64,000 nt of DNA from Octopus vulgaris (GCA_951406725.2 OX597824.1:23932001-23996000); one strand, 5' to 3'; positions 15,121 through 28,350 are shown, numbered from the stretch's first letter. Program-made: numbers and translations. Notes: generated by a model not told the origin, from the sequence alone.

Positions 15121-15664
15121 AAAAGAGTATACATATACATATGTGTGTGTGTGTATACGTAAATGCATATATCTATATATCTATGCATATATCTATGCAT
15201 ATATATGATTGTGTGTGTGCTATAATGAATACACGCTTTTACAGGAACATGCATATTCACTTCAGCATGCACTTCGTGCACCTAGTCACATGTCCACATT
15301 GAATAACATCAATTGTGTCTGTATGACAGAAACTGCTGTCATGTGTGCATGTAACATGCCTGTGCCAACGATAGCCCAGCTACTACCGCTATCATCATCA
15401 TCATCATCGTCGCCATCATCATCGTTGCCGCCATCATCATCGAAGTTGTCTATCATCATAATCGCCGCCGCTGGCGTAAACCGTCGTTGTCAAGTTCACC
15501 GTCGCCATCGTCGCGGTCTTCGCTGGCGTCGCGGTCTTCGCTGGCGTCGCCGTCATCCTCATCATCGTTGTTGTCGTCGTCGTCATAAACTTCGATGCTG
15601 TGTCCTCGCAGTCGGAATCGCCGTCGTCGTCGTCGTCATCGTCACCATGTCGTGTCGTCGTCGT

Positions 15665-16238
15665 CTTTTACTCTTTTTACTTGTTTTCAGTCATGTGACT
15701 GCGGCCAGCCATGCTGGAGCACCGCCTTTAGTCGACTAAGAAATCGCAATCGACCCCCAGGGCTTTATTCTTTGGAAGCTTAGTACTTATTCTATCGGTC
15801 TTCTTTTTGCCGAACCGCTAAGTTACGGGGGACGTAAACACACCACCATCGGTTGTCAAGCGATGTTGTGGGGACAAACACAGACGCACAAACATATACA
15901 CACACACATACATACATACATACTCTTTTACTTGTTTCAGTGATTTGACTGTGGTCATGTTTACGGGGACGTAAACACACCAGCATCGGTTGTCAAGTGA
16001 TGTTGGGGGGTGGGGACAAACACAGATACACAAACATATACACACACATACACATGTATATATACATATATACGACGGGCTTCTTTCAGTGTCCGTCTAC
16101 CAAATCCACTCACAAGGCTTTGGTCGGCCCGAGGCTATAAGTAGAAGTCACTTGCCCAAGGTACCACGCAGTGGGAATGAACCCGGAACCACGTGGTTGG
16201 CAAGCAAGCTACTTACCACACAGCCACTTCTATGCCTC
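15665..16238 (-). mobile_element. SINE family A with duplicated 3' module
   Basis: Two 3'-module starts (15665, 15922) and one 5' module ending at 16238. Confidence 0.8.
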
Positions 16239-16849
16239 AAGATCAACAACATACTCGTCATTGTCGTCCTCTTGGCCACTTTCTCTTCGTCGTCGTCGTC
16301 ATCATCATCACCATCATCATCATCACCATCCTCATCATTATCATCATCGTCATCATCGTCATCAGCAGCAACAACAACTACAACAAGACCATCGGCAACC
16401 CCTTCGCTAGTAAACAACACCATCGCTATTAATATCTCCACCATTCGAGCCAACGGGGAACTCCCTACGTGGTCATACGGTCTGTTAGAAATAGCAGTTA
16501 AAGTCCCCTAAACCCATATTCCACCTATATCTTAGAGAAAGAGGGGTTGGCATAACATGGTCCTGGGTCCTGTATATGTAGGATAAAAGCGGCCTAGGGC
16601 TAAATATTAAATAACAAATATTATTGCAGCTACTAAAGTTAGTGTCGTTAGCAGGTCGGAGCAAAATGCTTAGCGGCATTTCGATCTGAGTTCAAATACC
16701 GCTGGGATCGACTTGGCTTTTCATCGTTTAGGGGTCGATCATATAAGTACCAGGTGAGCACTGGTGGTCGACTTACCCCTCCCCCAAAATTGCTGGCCTT
16801 GTGCCGAAATTTGAAACAAAAAAACTATTTCTACTATTAATTTTTCTTC

Positions 16850-17137
16850 TCCCCCTCCTCCTCCTTCTTCATCTACATCCTCATCATCTTCATCATCATT
16901 ATCATCGTTTTCTTCTTCATCTTCTTCATCTTCTCCTTCTTCTTCTTCTTCTTCTTCTTCTTCTTCTTCTTCTTCTTCTTCTTCTTCTTCGTTTTCTTCA
17001 TCATCATCATCTGTTCATCATCTTCTTATCCTTCGTCATCATCATCATTATCATCATCATCGTTATCATCTTCTTTTTCTTCTTTTTCTTCTTCTTCTTC
17101 TTCTTCTTCTTCTTCTTCTTCTTCTACTACTACTACA

Positions 17138-17191
<54 letters not shown>

Positions 17192-17234
17192 ACTGATGCT
17201 ACTGCTGCTGCTGCTACTGCTGCTGCTACTACTA

Positions 17235-17278
<44 letters not shown>

Positions 17279-17744
17279 TATCAAAAATAATATCTCTATT
17301 TTATAATCACCCATCAACATTAACAGCTCCACCAAAACCACCACCATCACCTCCACTACCTCCACTGCCACCAATGCTACCACCACCATCACCACCATCA
17401 CCACCATCACCACTACCACCACCACCACCTCCACCACCATCCCAACCCCTACCAAATTTATATCTCAACCACTATCGCCATCACATTTTTATTCATGTTT
17501 TGTCCGAACTTGGTGGAGCTGCAGCTCAGCCACAACAACACATGCAAACAATAGCAGCACCACCACGAGCACTACAGCCCATGCCTCCAGCATCCCCAAT
17601 AGTATTATCTCCGTCGGCACCAACTCCTTCGCCATCATCACCAACACCACAAAGACCACCGTCACCACCATCGTCCACAGTCGCTCTCCAAGATCTCCAC
17701 CGTTGATACCACCATCGTCATCGCCATGACCGATACGACTGTCG

Positions 17745-17781
<37 letters not shown>

Positions 17782-17870
17782 GTTCTTCTTCATCCTCCTC
17801 ATCATCATATTCTTCATCTTCATCATCGTTATCATCATCATCATCATCATCACCATCATCGACAATTATA
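16850..17870. repeat. Compound triplet microsatellite / low-complexity block (CTT, CAT, CTA, CTG, CCA)
   Basis: Directly visible triplet arrays. Confidence 0.95.
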
Positions 17871-17953
17871 ACCTGTGACTCTCAAACCCTTTTTTTTAAC
17901 CGATGGACTCCTTTGGTTCCTATTTTGCTCCACTGGACCCACATAGCCATTCG

Positions 17954-18022
<69 letters not shown>

Positions 18023-18288
18023 TATATATATATATATATGAATCTTATTGTTTTTATATGTAATTAAGAATTTTTAGGAATTATATAATAAAAATATTAG
18101 AATATTTTTCTCTGTTGTAGAAGTATATACAGCTTATTGCACATAAATATACGCAGGTTCGGGTGTGTGGTAAGAAGCTTGCTTACCAACCACATGGTTC
18201 CGGGTTCAGTCTCACTGCATGGCACATTGGACAAGTGTCTTCTACTATAGCCTCGAGCCGACCAAAGCTTGTGATTCTTTTTGATAGC

Positions 18289-18370
<82 letters not shown>

Positions 18371-18440
18371 GCTACCAAAAAGACACACAAGACTTTGGTC
18401 GGTCCGAGGTTGTAGTAGAAGATACTATCTATCTATCTAT

Positions 18441-18749
18441 AACAACAAAAGAATGAAAGAGACGGAAACTGAAAGAAGCCTGTCGTATATATGTATATAT
18501 GTGTGTGTGTATGTGTGCGTGTATATTTGTGTGTCTGTGTTTGTCTCCCTAGCATTGCTTGACAACCGATGCTGGTGTGTTTACGTCCCCGTCACAAAAG
18601 AATGAAAGAGACCTAAATATTATGTAAATAGAGGAATTTATCTGTAAATGTAATATGTGACAATTATTCAGTAGCCATGATAAAACTCCGATATCCGATA
18701 CTCGGAGTTTTATCATGGCTACCGAATAATTGTCACATATTACATTTAC

Positions 18750-18754
<5 letters not shown>
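18441..18754. mobile_element. Penelope-like fragment with a 53-bp inverted repeat, interrupted by a SINE-A fragment
   Basis: Arms 18639-18691 and 18702-18754 are reverse complements with one mismatch and a 10-nt spacer; ends in (TA)n; the PLE assignment is inference. Confidence 0.55.
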
Positions 18755-18810
<56 letters not shown>

Positions 18811-18814
18811 CATA

Positions 18815-18848
<34 letters not shown>

Positions 18849-18861
18849 TATATATGTGTGT

Positions 18862-19025
18862 GTGCAGGAGTGGCTGTGTGTGGTGAGAAGCTTGCTTCCC
18901 AACCACATGGTTCCGGGTTCAGTTCCACTGCATGGTTCTTTGGGCAAGTGTCTTCAACTATTGCCTCGGGCCGTCCAAAGCTTTATGAGTAGATTTGGTA
19001 GATGGAAACTGAGAGAAGCCAGTCG

Positions 19026-19104
<79 letters not shown>

Positions 19105-19280
19105 CCTCCTCCTCGCTTGTCACCCGGTGTTGGTGTGTTTATGTCTCCGCAACATTAGTGATTCGGCAAAAGCAACCGACAGAAGAAGTACCAGGCCTTA
19201 CAGAGACAAGTCCTGGTATCGATTCCTTCGACTAAAAATTCTTCAAAGCGGTGCCCCAGCATGGCCGCAGTCTCATAAAA
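18862..19280 (+). mobile_element. SINE family A (older copy)
   Basis: Head CAGGAGTGGCTGTGTG, internal (TA)(TG) tract, degenerate 3' module. Confidence 0.8.
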
Positions 19281-19870
19281 AAAGAAAAAATACAAACAAC
19301 AAACCTCACAACAAACAACAGCACCAGAAACTAACCAACAACGCCCCAGCCATAACAACGCGAACAGGAACCAATCAGCCTCTTCGTGGTCTCTCGGCCA
19401 TACTAGAAATAACAGCCAAATCTCCTTCAAATTTCACTCGGCATATCATTCCTGATAAGGGCGGAGAGGGGTGCGACCGACGCATCGCAGAGTGTAGTCC
19501 TAGATGAAGAATACATGAGAGAAAGACTAAACGGTGATGTCCGGCACACCCATATCTTTTAGCTTTTACATGTTTCAGTCATTGAATTGAGGCCGTGCTG
19601 GAGCACCGCCTTAAAAAGCTTAATCGAACAAATCAAGGGTCGTACTTGTTATTGCTTTCTGTTTTTTAAGTACTCCTTTTTTTAAGTACTCCTTCATTTA
19701 AGTACTTACTTATTCGATCGGCATTCTTTTTTTGTTTTTTTTGTTGTTTTTTTTTTTTGCTTTTGTCAAACTGCTAGGTTTAATGGGACGTAAACAAACG
19801 ACCACCGATTGTCAAGCGATTAGACACATAAATACCCGCGAACATAGATATGAATGTATGCGTGTTTCTG

Positions 19871-19918
<48 letters not shown>

Positions 19919-19929
19919 GTATATAATAT

Positions 19930-20053
19930 ATTGCCTGCCCGCTTAGCCAGCGGGGTGGCGTCATTTGAAGGCTAAAACAATGCGAAACGCATTGTGACCA
20001 GCGATGTGTAGCAACAGCTGAAAGCCTGGTCGGTTACGCTGATCACGGTGATA
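19930..20053. repeat. ~120-bp structured dispersed element in (TA)n, copy 1
   Basis: Homologous to 51131-51243; splits a minus-strand SINE-A copy (19555-19830 / 20075-20230) at its internal microsatellite. Confidence 0.75.
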
Positions 20054-20637
20054 TAATATATATGTATACAGATCACGGGCTTCTACACAGTTTCCGTCTG
20101 CCAAATTCACTCACAAGGCGTTGGCCGATCCAGGGCTATGGTAGAAGACACTAACCCATGGTGCCACAGAGTGGGATCGAACCCAAAGCCACATTGTTGC
20201 GAGGCGAACTTCTTAACCACGTTGCCAAACCTGACTATATGAGACAGATCTGTGCAGACGAATCTGACCGAGGGCTAAACAACAACAGCATCAGCATCAA
20301 CATTGCAAAATTTACCCCATTAGCACAACTGGTATGTTATTGGTAGTTTCCTAAGTAAAATAATTTGTTAATTAATTATAAATAATTTATGTCATCATTC
20401 ATGCTGTTGTTATTTAGATTAAGCAGTAAGTGGGTAAAGGCTTTCCAGCCATGACCATCGCTATTTTTAAGGTTATGCTATACAGAATCACATTATCAAG
20501 CATGTTTTCTTTAATTATAAATGATGGAGGCTGCAATTGTTGATGGAGGGTGTATTTTGGAAGAAATTTAGCTGTTGTTTCTCGCATATCTACCCAACAC
20601 ATAGAGATACTACTCATTGACACGTGATCCTTTTCGC

Positions 20638-20802
20638 TACCATATTCTAACGTGTATACGGAACCCCTAATTTAGGGGACTTAAATTTTGGAAAAAAAGT
20701 TTTATAAGTGATTATAATACTATCCATGTATAAGAAACACCCATATTTTTTCAACCTAATTTTTGACAAAAAAGGGTTTCTTATACACGTTAAAATATGG
20801 TT
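20638..20802. mobile_element. Tc2/pogo-like MITE, copy 1
   Basis: Ends TACCATATTCTAACGTGTATA / TATACACGTTAAAATATGG; reverse-complement homologue of 22932-23120. Confidence 0.75.
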
Positions 20803-20845
20803 TATATGTTTAACGGGATCAAAAGCAAGTAAGGTAACCACCGAA

Positions 20846-20895
<50 letters not shown>

Positions 20896-20925
20896 CATTA
20901 TAATTATTATTTTTATTATTATTAC

Positions 20926-20982
<57 letters not shown>

Positions 20983-20983
<1 letters not shown>

Positions 20984-21453
20984 GAGTGAGAGAGCAGTGC
21001 ATGCCATCAAAGTGACACTGGGGTACAAATATACGAAGCCCAGTATACCCATCATGACTACCCGTCTGATAAGGGTACACCAGGCACATGCATCACAACC
21101 ATATGTGCACGACATGGTGATCTCATATCAAGATAAACAGCGCATGACCTTGCGGGTGGGGCCCAGTTAGAATTTTCTTCTGGTTGGGTAACCCATCCTA
21201 CTCAAAAGGTCCCTGATTAAGGGTTGTTTAAGGATGTTGAATGAAACACCCATGTTTCCAGAGGTGAATCATTCCAACCCCAAAGAATCCCTCTCAACAC
21301 ATGGCTATGATGCTCCCCCACTACTTCTGCTCATGATCAGAGATGCATATATTATCAGCCACTAAGGGACATGCTCAACTGGTTACGGTCAAACAACTGA
21401 CAAGCAAATCTGTGGTATTGAGCAGAATATTTGCTGTAGGCCATCTTTTATAC
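20983..21453. mobile_element. ~470-bp complex element embedded in (TTA)n on both sides (possibly R4/Dong-related)
   Basis: Sharp boundaries against long (TTA)n arrays at 20846-20982 and 21454-21820; the family assignment is inferred from the target only. Confidence 0.45.
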
Positions 21454-21508
<55 letters not shown>

Positions 21509-21611
21509 CATTATTATTATCATCATTATTAATATCAATATTATTATTATTATTATTATTATCATTATTATTATTATCATTATTATTATCATTATTATTA
21601 TTATTATTATC

Positions 21612-21706
<95 letters not shown>

Positions 21707-21748
21707 CATTATTATTATCATTATTATTATCATCATTATTAATATCAA

Positions 21749-21821
<73 letters not shown>

Positions 21822-22067
21822 TAAAAAACTACCAGAATCGTTAGCTTGGCAGCATGTGATTCATCTTTAGGTTTTGATTTCAAATTCCGCCGTGGTTGAA
21901 TTTGCATTTCATCCTCTGGGGGTCGATAAGACAAATAGCAGTGGAGTACTGGGACCATGCTGGGGCACCCGGCAGTTAAAAATTTATGCCCAACATATAT
22001 GTATGTATTTGGTTGTGTGTGCGTATGTATGCATGAATGTATATTACATATATTTATATATATATAT

Positions 22068-22480
22068 ACTCTTTTACTCTTTTACTTGTTTCAGTCATTT
22101 GACTGCGGCCATGCTGGAGCACCGCCTTTAGTCGAGCAAATCGACCCCGGGACTTATTCTTTGTAAGCCCAGTACTTATTCTATCGGTCTCTTTTGCCGA
22201 ACCGCTAGGTGACGGGGACGTAAACACACCAGCATCGGTTGTCAAGCAATGCTAGGGAGACAAACACAGACACACAAATATACACGCACACATACACACA
22301 CACATATATACATATATACGACAGGCTTCTTTCAGTTTCCGTCTACCAAATCCACTCACAAGGCTTTGGTCAACCCGAGGCTATAGTAGAAGACACTTGC
22401 ACAAGGTGCCACGCAGTGGGACTGAACCCGGAACCATGTGGTTGGTAAGCATGCTACTTACCACACAGCCACTCCTGCGC

Positions 22481-22482
<2 letters not shown>
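22068..22482 (-). mobile_element. SINE family A, full length, young
   Basis: Near-consensus from ACTCTTTTACTCTTTTACTTGTTTCAG to CACTCCTGCGCCT. Confidence 0.92.
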
Positions 22483-22524
<42 letters not shown>

Positions 22525-22526
<2 letters not shown>

Positions 22527-22932
22527 TCTTTTATTCTTTTTTCTTTTACTTGTTTCAGTCATTTGATGGTGGCCATGGTGGAGCACCGCCTTAGTCGAAC
22601 AAATCAACCCCCGTACTTCTTTGCAAGCATAGTACTTATTCTATCGGTCTCTATTACTTAACCGCTAAGTTACGGGGATGTAAACACACCAACATTAGTT
22701 TTCAAGCGACGGTGGAGTGACAAACAGATCCACACACAAATAAATATATATACATATATATATACGACGGGTTTCTTTCAGTTTCCAACTACCAAAACCA
22801 CTTACAAGGCTTTCTTTGGTCGACCCGAGACTACAGTAGGAGACAAATGCCCAAGGTTCCACGCAGTGGGACTGAACCCGGAACCATGTGGTCGGGAAGC
22901 AAGCTTCTTACCACATAGTCACTCCTGCGCCT
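22525..22932 (-). mobile_element. SINE family A, full length, older
   Basis: Same architecture as 22068-22482 with more substitutions. Confidence 0.85.
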
Positions 22933-23120
22933 ACCGTATTTTTACGTATACAAGGAACCCTTTTTTTGTCAAAAATTAGGTAAAAAAAAAAATATGGGAG
23001 TTTCTTATGCATGGATAGTATTATGACCCCTTACAAGACCTTTTTTTTCCAAATTTTAAGACCCCAAAATTAGAAGATTCCTTATACACAAATGTTCCTT
23101 ATACACGTTAAAATACGGTA
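22932..23120. mobile_element. Tc2/pogo-like MITE, copy 2
   Basis: TIRs TACCGTATTTTTACGT / ACGTTAAAATACGGTA with TA ends. Confidence 0.8.
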
Positions 23121-23324
23121 TATATTCAATTATATATATATATATATATAAATTTGCATATAACTGGGTGTATATAAATGTATTGTATAGACAGGCACAA
23201 TTACATACATGCTTATGTTGACGAGTAAATGTGGAAATACAGATCGGTGTGTGTATGTGCATGTGTATGCGTGTGTGTGTGTGTGTGTCTATATCTGTAT
23301 CTGTATACACATAAATACACACAC

Positions 23325-23366
<42 letters not shown>

Positions 23367-23467
23367 GAATGCGTCCTTCACCTTCATCCCTTCATATGCT
23401 TCCTCCTACGTCAATAACAACAACAACAACAACAACAACAAGGCTACTACAACCACCTCCACCACCA

Positions 23468-23503
<36 letters not shown>

Positions 23504-23608
23504 AACTACTACTACTGTTACTACTACTACTGTTACTACTACTACTACTACTACTACCGCAACCATTGCCAGTGTCACTGCAACTTGTACGTCTTCCCCC
23601 ATCATCGA

Positions 23609-23655
<47 letters not shown>

Positions 23656-23656
23656 T

Positions 23657-23700
<44 letters not shown>

Positions 23701-24172
23701 ACAAGTTCTAGCATAACATAGGCGCTTGCTGCAACAATGCAGTGAATGTCCTTCGGTGCACCGTACTAAACCACATGCACACCTATGCAGTTCCAATCTC
23801 CATGTATTGCTGACACATCTTTCTGCAGAAACTTGAACAACATAAGCATGTGATATGCTGATATGCTGCAGCAATGCAGTTGGTGAATTATACTGCAGTC
23901 TTGCATTTTCTGTCTTCAAATATATGTGCATGCGTTCTCATATGGATGTATGTATATATTACAATATTACATATATACATACATGCATATATATATATAT
24001 ATATATATACATTCTCATATATAAATTCATATATATGTGAATATATATATAAACATACATATATATATATATATATATATACACGAATATATAGATACAT
24101 ATAATTATATAATTGTATGTATATGCATAATTGAATGCATTTATGTATTTTGATATGCATATGCATGGCTAT

Positions 24173-24291
<119 letters not shown>

Positions 24292-24464
24292 CATATATAC
24301 ATATATATATGCATATATATATGCATTAATGTATGTATATACATAGAGACTCGACGCACACACTTATATATTTGTGTGTATACATATATATATATATATA
24401 TGCGTATATATATATGCATATATATATATATGCATATATATATATATATATTATATATATATGC

Positions 24465-24497
<33 letters not shown>

Positions 24498-24690
24498 TAT
24501 ATATATACATACGTATATTTATCAGGAACAATTCATTGTACTTAAACCAGAGCAAGCTTGCATTTTTAAAAATCAGAAATATCAAACCACTTAAATTGAA
24601 ATTGGGTATACTCGTATAATTCATACACACACACACGCACGCACACAAACACATGTATATATATGTATATATATATTTACATACACATGT

Positions 24691-24732
<42 letters not shown>

Positions 24733-24920
24733 GTTTTGTATGCACCCACATGCAATTTGTTTCTCATAAAAATATAGAGATACAGATGAAGGATTATATG
24801 GAAACCGGATTTGTTATTTGCACTCACCTGTATGGCTTCCACACGCAATGCATGAGTTGCATTCACAGAAGAAATATCACACACACACACACGTAAATAT
24901 GCATTACTGTATGTATAATG

Positions 24921-24994
<74 letters not shown>

Positions 24995-25109
24995 AATGAG
25001 ATAGGGGTTGAAAATTCAACCCAATGGTATAATAAAGTATTGATTGGGTATTATCTGATAGTTGATGTTTTATTGATTTAAGTATGTTTCTCCATTTTCT
25101 AATTTTGTA

Positions 25110-25390
<281 letters not shown>

Positions 25391-25437
25391 TATATGTATA
25401 TATGTATATATATTTATATATATATATAGAGAGAGAG

Positions 25438-25623
25438 ATCGTTAGCCACTACACCCATTTTTTCTTTCCTTGTTTCTTTCCTTGTTTTTTCTGTGTCCCT
25501 TTCTGTAGAAGAGCGTAAGCTCGAAACGTAAAAGACTTTTTCTTTTATTCCTGAGCGTTATACTAATACATCTGTTTGTTTTGTATACCCCTGTCTTCGT
25601 CTTTTGTTTTTTTCATAAACTCT

Positions 25624-25627
<4 letters not shown>
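25438..25627 (+). mobile_element. Penelope-like terminal fragment with a variant hammerhead motif
   Basis: CTTT-CTGTAGA-A-GAGC-GTAA-GCTC-GAAA-CG-TA-AAAG; homologous to 63250-63375; flanked by microsatellites. Confidence 0.6.
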
Positions 25628-25679
<52 letters not shown>

Positions 25680-25744
25680 AGTCGCCAGTGCTATGTATTT
25701 GAACAACAAAACCGAATAAAGATTTAGATAGATATCTAGAGAAT

Positions 25745-25910
25745 CGAAGGCCCTTTCCGAGCCATGGGGTCATAAAGCCGGTTTACCGGATTCTGTGATG
25801 TGTGTATTTCTCGCCATGGATGGTCTACTGCAGTATTACTCATTTTTGCCAATTGAGTGGACTGGAGCAATGTGAAATGAAGTGTTTTGGTCAAGAACAC
25901 AAAGCATCGC
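25745..25910 (-). mobile_element. SINE family C (V-SINE-like core), fragment
   Basis: ACTCATTTTTGCCA..TGAGTGGACTGGAGCAA.GTGAAATGAAGTG is the reverse complement of the core at 33630-33685. Confidence 0.7.
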
Positions 25911-26479
25911 TTTTGTAAGTGGATTTCGTAGACGGAAACTGAAAGAAGCCTTCGTGCATGTATATGTGCGTGTGTGTGTGTGTGAATGTGTGTTGGGTTA
26001 CGTATATAGTGTGTGTCTTTGTTTACGTCCCCGTAACTTAGCAGTTTTGCACAAAACACCGTTAGAATAATATCCGCTTTAAAAATAAAAGAAATTAGTA
26101 CTGGAGTCGAGTAAAACACTTGTTCGAGTAAAACCCTTCAATGTGGTGCCCCAGCATGGCCGTTGTCTAATGACTGAAACAAGTGACAGATAAAACATAA
26201 AAGGTAAATTATTCATATTTCAGCGAATGGATAAGAGAATATCAGACAAATTGCCTTTTCATGATTTAATTCTGAGTTCAAATCCCGTCCGCTTCGAATG
26301 CCTTCTTAATTTCTTAATCTTCGTTGATCAATAGAGAAATACTGAGGCCGATCTAACTACTACACAGCTTGACACACTTCTATCTACTGATTGGCTAAAT
26401 CGTTGTGCATAAATTAAATCCGAAATGCGCAATTGAGATATGTAAATTAGAAAAGCCATCTACGTCGGTTACAACGACG

Positions 26480-26785
26480 AGAGTTCCAGTTGATCCCATA
26501 GATGCTTGTGATCCCAGCCTGCTTGTGAAATTAACGTGCAAGTGGTTGAGCATTCCACAGACACGTGTATCCTTAACGTAGTTCTCAGGGAGATTCAGCG
26601 TAACACAGAACGTGACAAGACTGGCCCTTTGAAATACAGGTTCAACTCATTTTTGCCAGCTGAGTGGAATGGAGCAACATGAAATAGAGTGTCTTGCTCA
26701 GAGAAACAACACGTGCCGAGAATCGAACTCATGACCTTACGACCGTAAGCTTAATGCCCTAACCAATAAGCCACGAACGTTCACT
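26480..26785 (-). mobile_element. SINE family C core with a different 3' tail
   Basis: Minus-strand tRNA-like head (GTGGCTTATTGGTTAGG...GAGTTCGATTCTC) plus the same CTCCA.TCCACTCAGCTGGCAAAAATGAGT core. Confidence 0.75.
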
Positions 26786-27180
26786 GTTTGTCATACTTGA
26801 TTTATACACTGTCGATTTATCTTGTTTTTAACACAGCACGTCCTTAAGGGATGTTATCTCAGGACAAATACACAATAACTGGCCTATCAACAGCGCATAT
26901 ACGTTAAGTATGATACATAGATGGCTATGTTCACCTTGGAATCAGGAAGTTCTGGTTTCGTGTCCAATGTCTGGTATCTTGGGAAATGTCATTCACTAAA
27001 AGTTGTGAGTACGTCGGAGCCTTCTGAATAGGGATGAATTGATGGAGACTGTTTAAAATCCATCCGATGGAAAGTACGAACAATTAAAATAACCAGCCCT
27101 GCTGGTTTTGCCAAAGGATTGAATTCGTTGGCAGGATTACACGCTAATAAAACGAGTAGATGATCCATTAAGTCTGACAT

Positions 27181-27352
27181 AGGCGCAGGAGTGGCTGTGT
27201 GGTAAGTAGCTTGCTAACCAACCCCATGGTTCCGGGTTCAGTCCCACTGCGTGGCATCTTGGGCAAGTGTCTTCTGCTATAGCCCCGGGCCGACCAATGC
27301 CTTGAGAGTGGATTTGGTAGACGGAAACTGAAAGAAGCCTGCCGTATATATG

Positions 27353-27383
<31 letters not shown>

Positions 27384-27611
27384 GTGTGTATTTGTGTGTC
27401 TGTGTTTGTTCCCCTAGCATTGCATGACAACCGATGCTGGTGTGTTTACATCCCCGTCACTTAGCGGTTCGGCAAAAAGAGATCGATAGAATAAGTACTG
27501 GGCTTACAAAAATAATAAGTCCCGGGGTCGAGTTACTCGACTAAAGGCGGTGCTCCAGCATGGCCGCAGGCAAATGACTGAAGCAAGTAAAAGAGTAAAA
27601 GAGTAAAAGAG
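27181..27611 (+). mobile_element. SINE family A, full length, young subfamily
   Basis: Diagnostic variants GCTAACC, GGCATCTT, TGCTATAGCCCCGGG, CAATGCC and CCTAGCATTG shared with the 52501 and 61171 copies. Confidence 0.93.
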
Positions 27612-27924
27612 CTGAATGCTCATCTTCGAAACTGTCGGAGATCCAGATTTTAGCGTTCGGTGGTTCAAATTCAGTCAGAGTTAGACTTTAGCTTTCATCC
27701 TTTTAGAATCATTAAGTAAGTTCTGTACACCCATGCGAAGACATGGCTGTGTCGTTAAGAGGCTCTCGTTGGAGTGTTGTGGTTTCGGGTTCAATTCCAC
27801 CTCGCGGCACCTTTAGAAAATGTCTCCTATTATATCCCCCAGATCGACCAATATCTTATGAGTGAAAATGGAAGACGGAAACTGAGTTGATACCTCCCGT
27901 CTTTGTATAGATAGAAAGATAGAA

Positions 27925-28350
27925 AAGGCGACGAGCTGGTAGAAACGTTAGCACGTCGGGCGAAATGCTTAGCGGTATTTCGTCTGCTGCTACGTTCTGA
28001 GTTCAAATTTCGCTGGGGTCGACTTTGCCTTTCATTATTTCGGGGTAGATAAATCAAGTACCAGTTACCCACTGGGATCGATGTAAACGACTTAATCCCT
28101 TTGTCTGTCCTTGTTTGTCCCCTCTATATTTAGCGCCTTGTGAGCACGTCGGGCGAAATGCTTAGCGGTATTTCGTCTGCCGCTACGTTCTGAGTTCAAA
28201 TTTCGCTGAGGTCGACTTTGCCTTTCATTATTTCGGGGTAGATAAATCAAGTACCAGTTACCCACTGGGATCGATGTAAACGACTTAATCCCTTTGTCTG
28301 TCCTTGTTTGTCCCCTCTATATTTAGCCCCTTGTGGGCAATAAAGAAATT
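27925..28350 (+). mobile_element. SINE family B, two tandem T1 units
   Basis: Two near-identical units sharing private variants (CATTATTTCGGGGTAGATAAATCAAG). Confidence 0.9.

Noticed and set aside
19960-20035. Type-II hammerhead reading of the small structured element on the + strand
   Set aside because: Core would be CUGA(U/A)AG with UAAA instead of GAAA and G at the cleavage site; too many violations
20638-23120. Composite transposon bounded by the two inverted Tc2-like MITEs
   Set aside because: Each MITE has its own pair of TIRs and the two are substantially diverged; independent insertions are the simpler explanation
27181-27260. tRNA gene calls at SINE heads
   Set aside because: A and B boxes are present, but there is no full cloverleaf, and the heads continue into SINE bodies in dozens of copies
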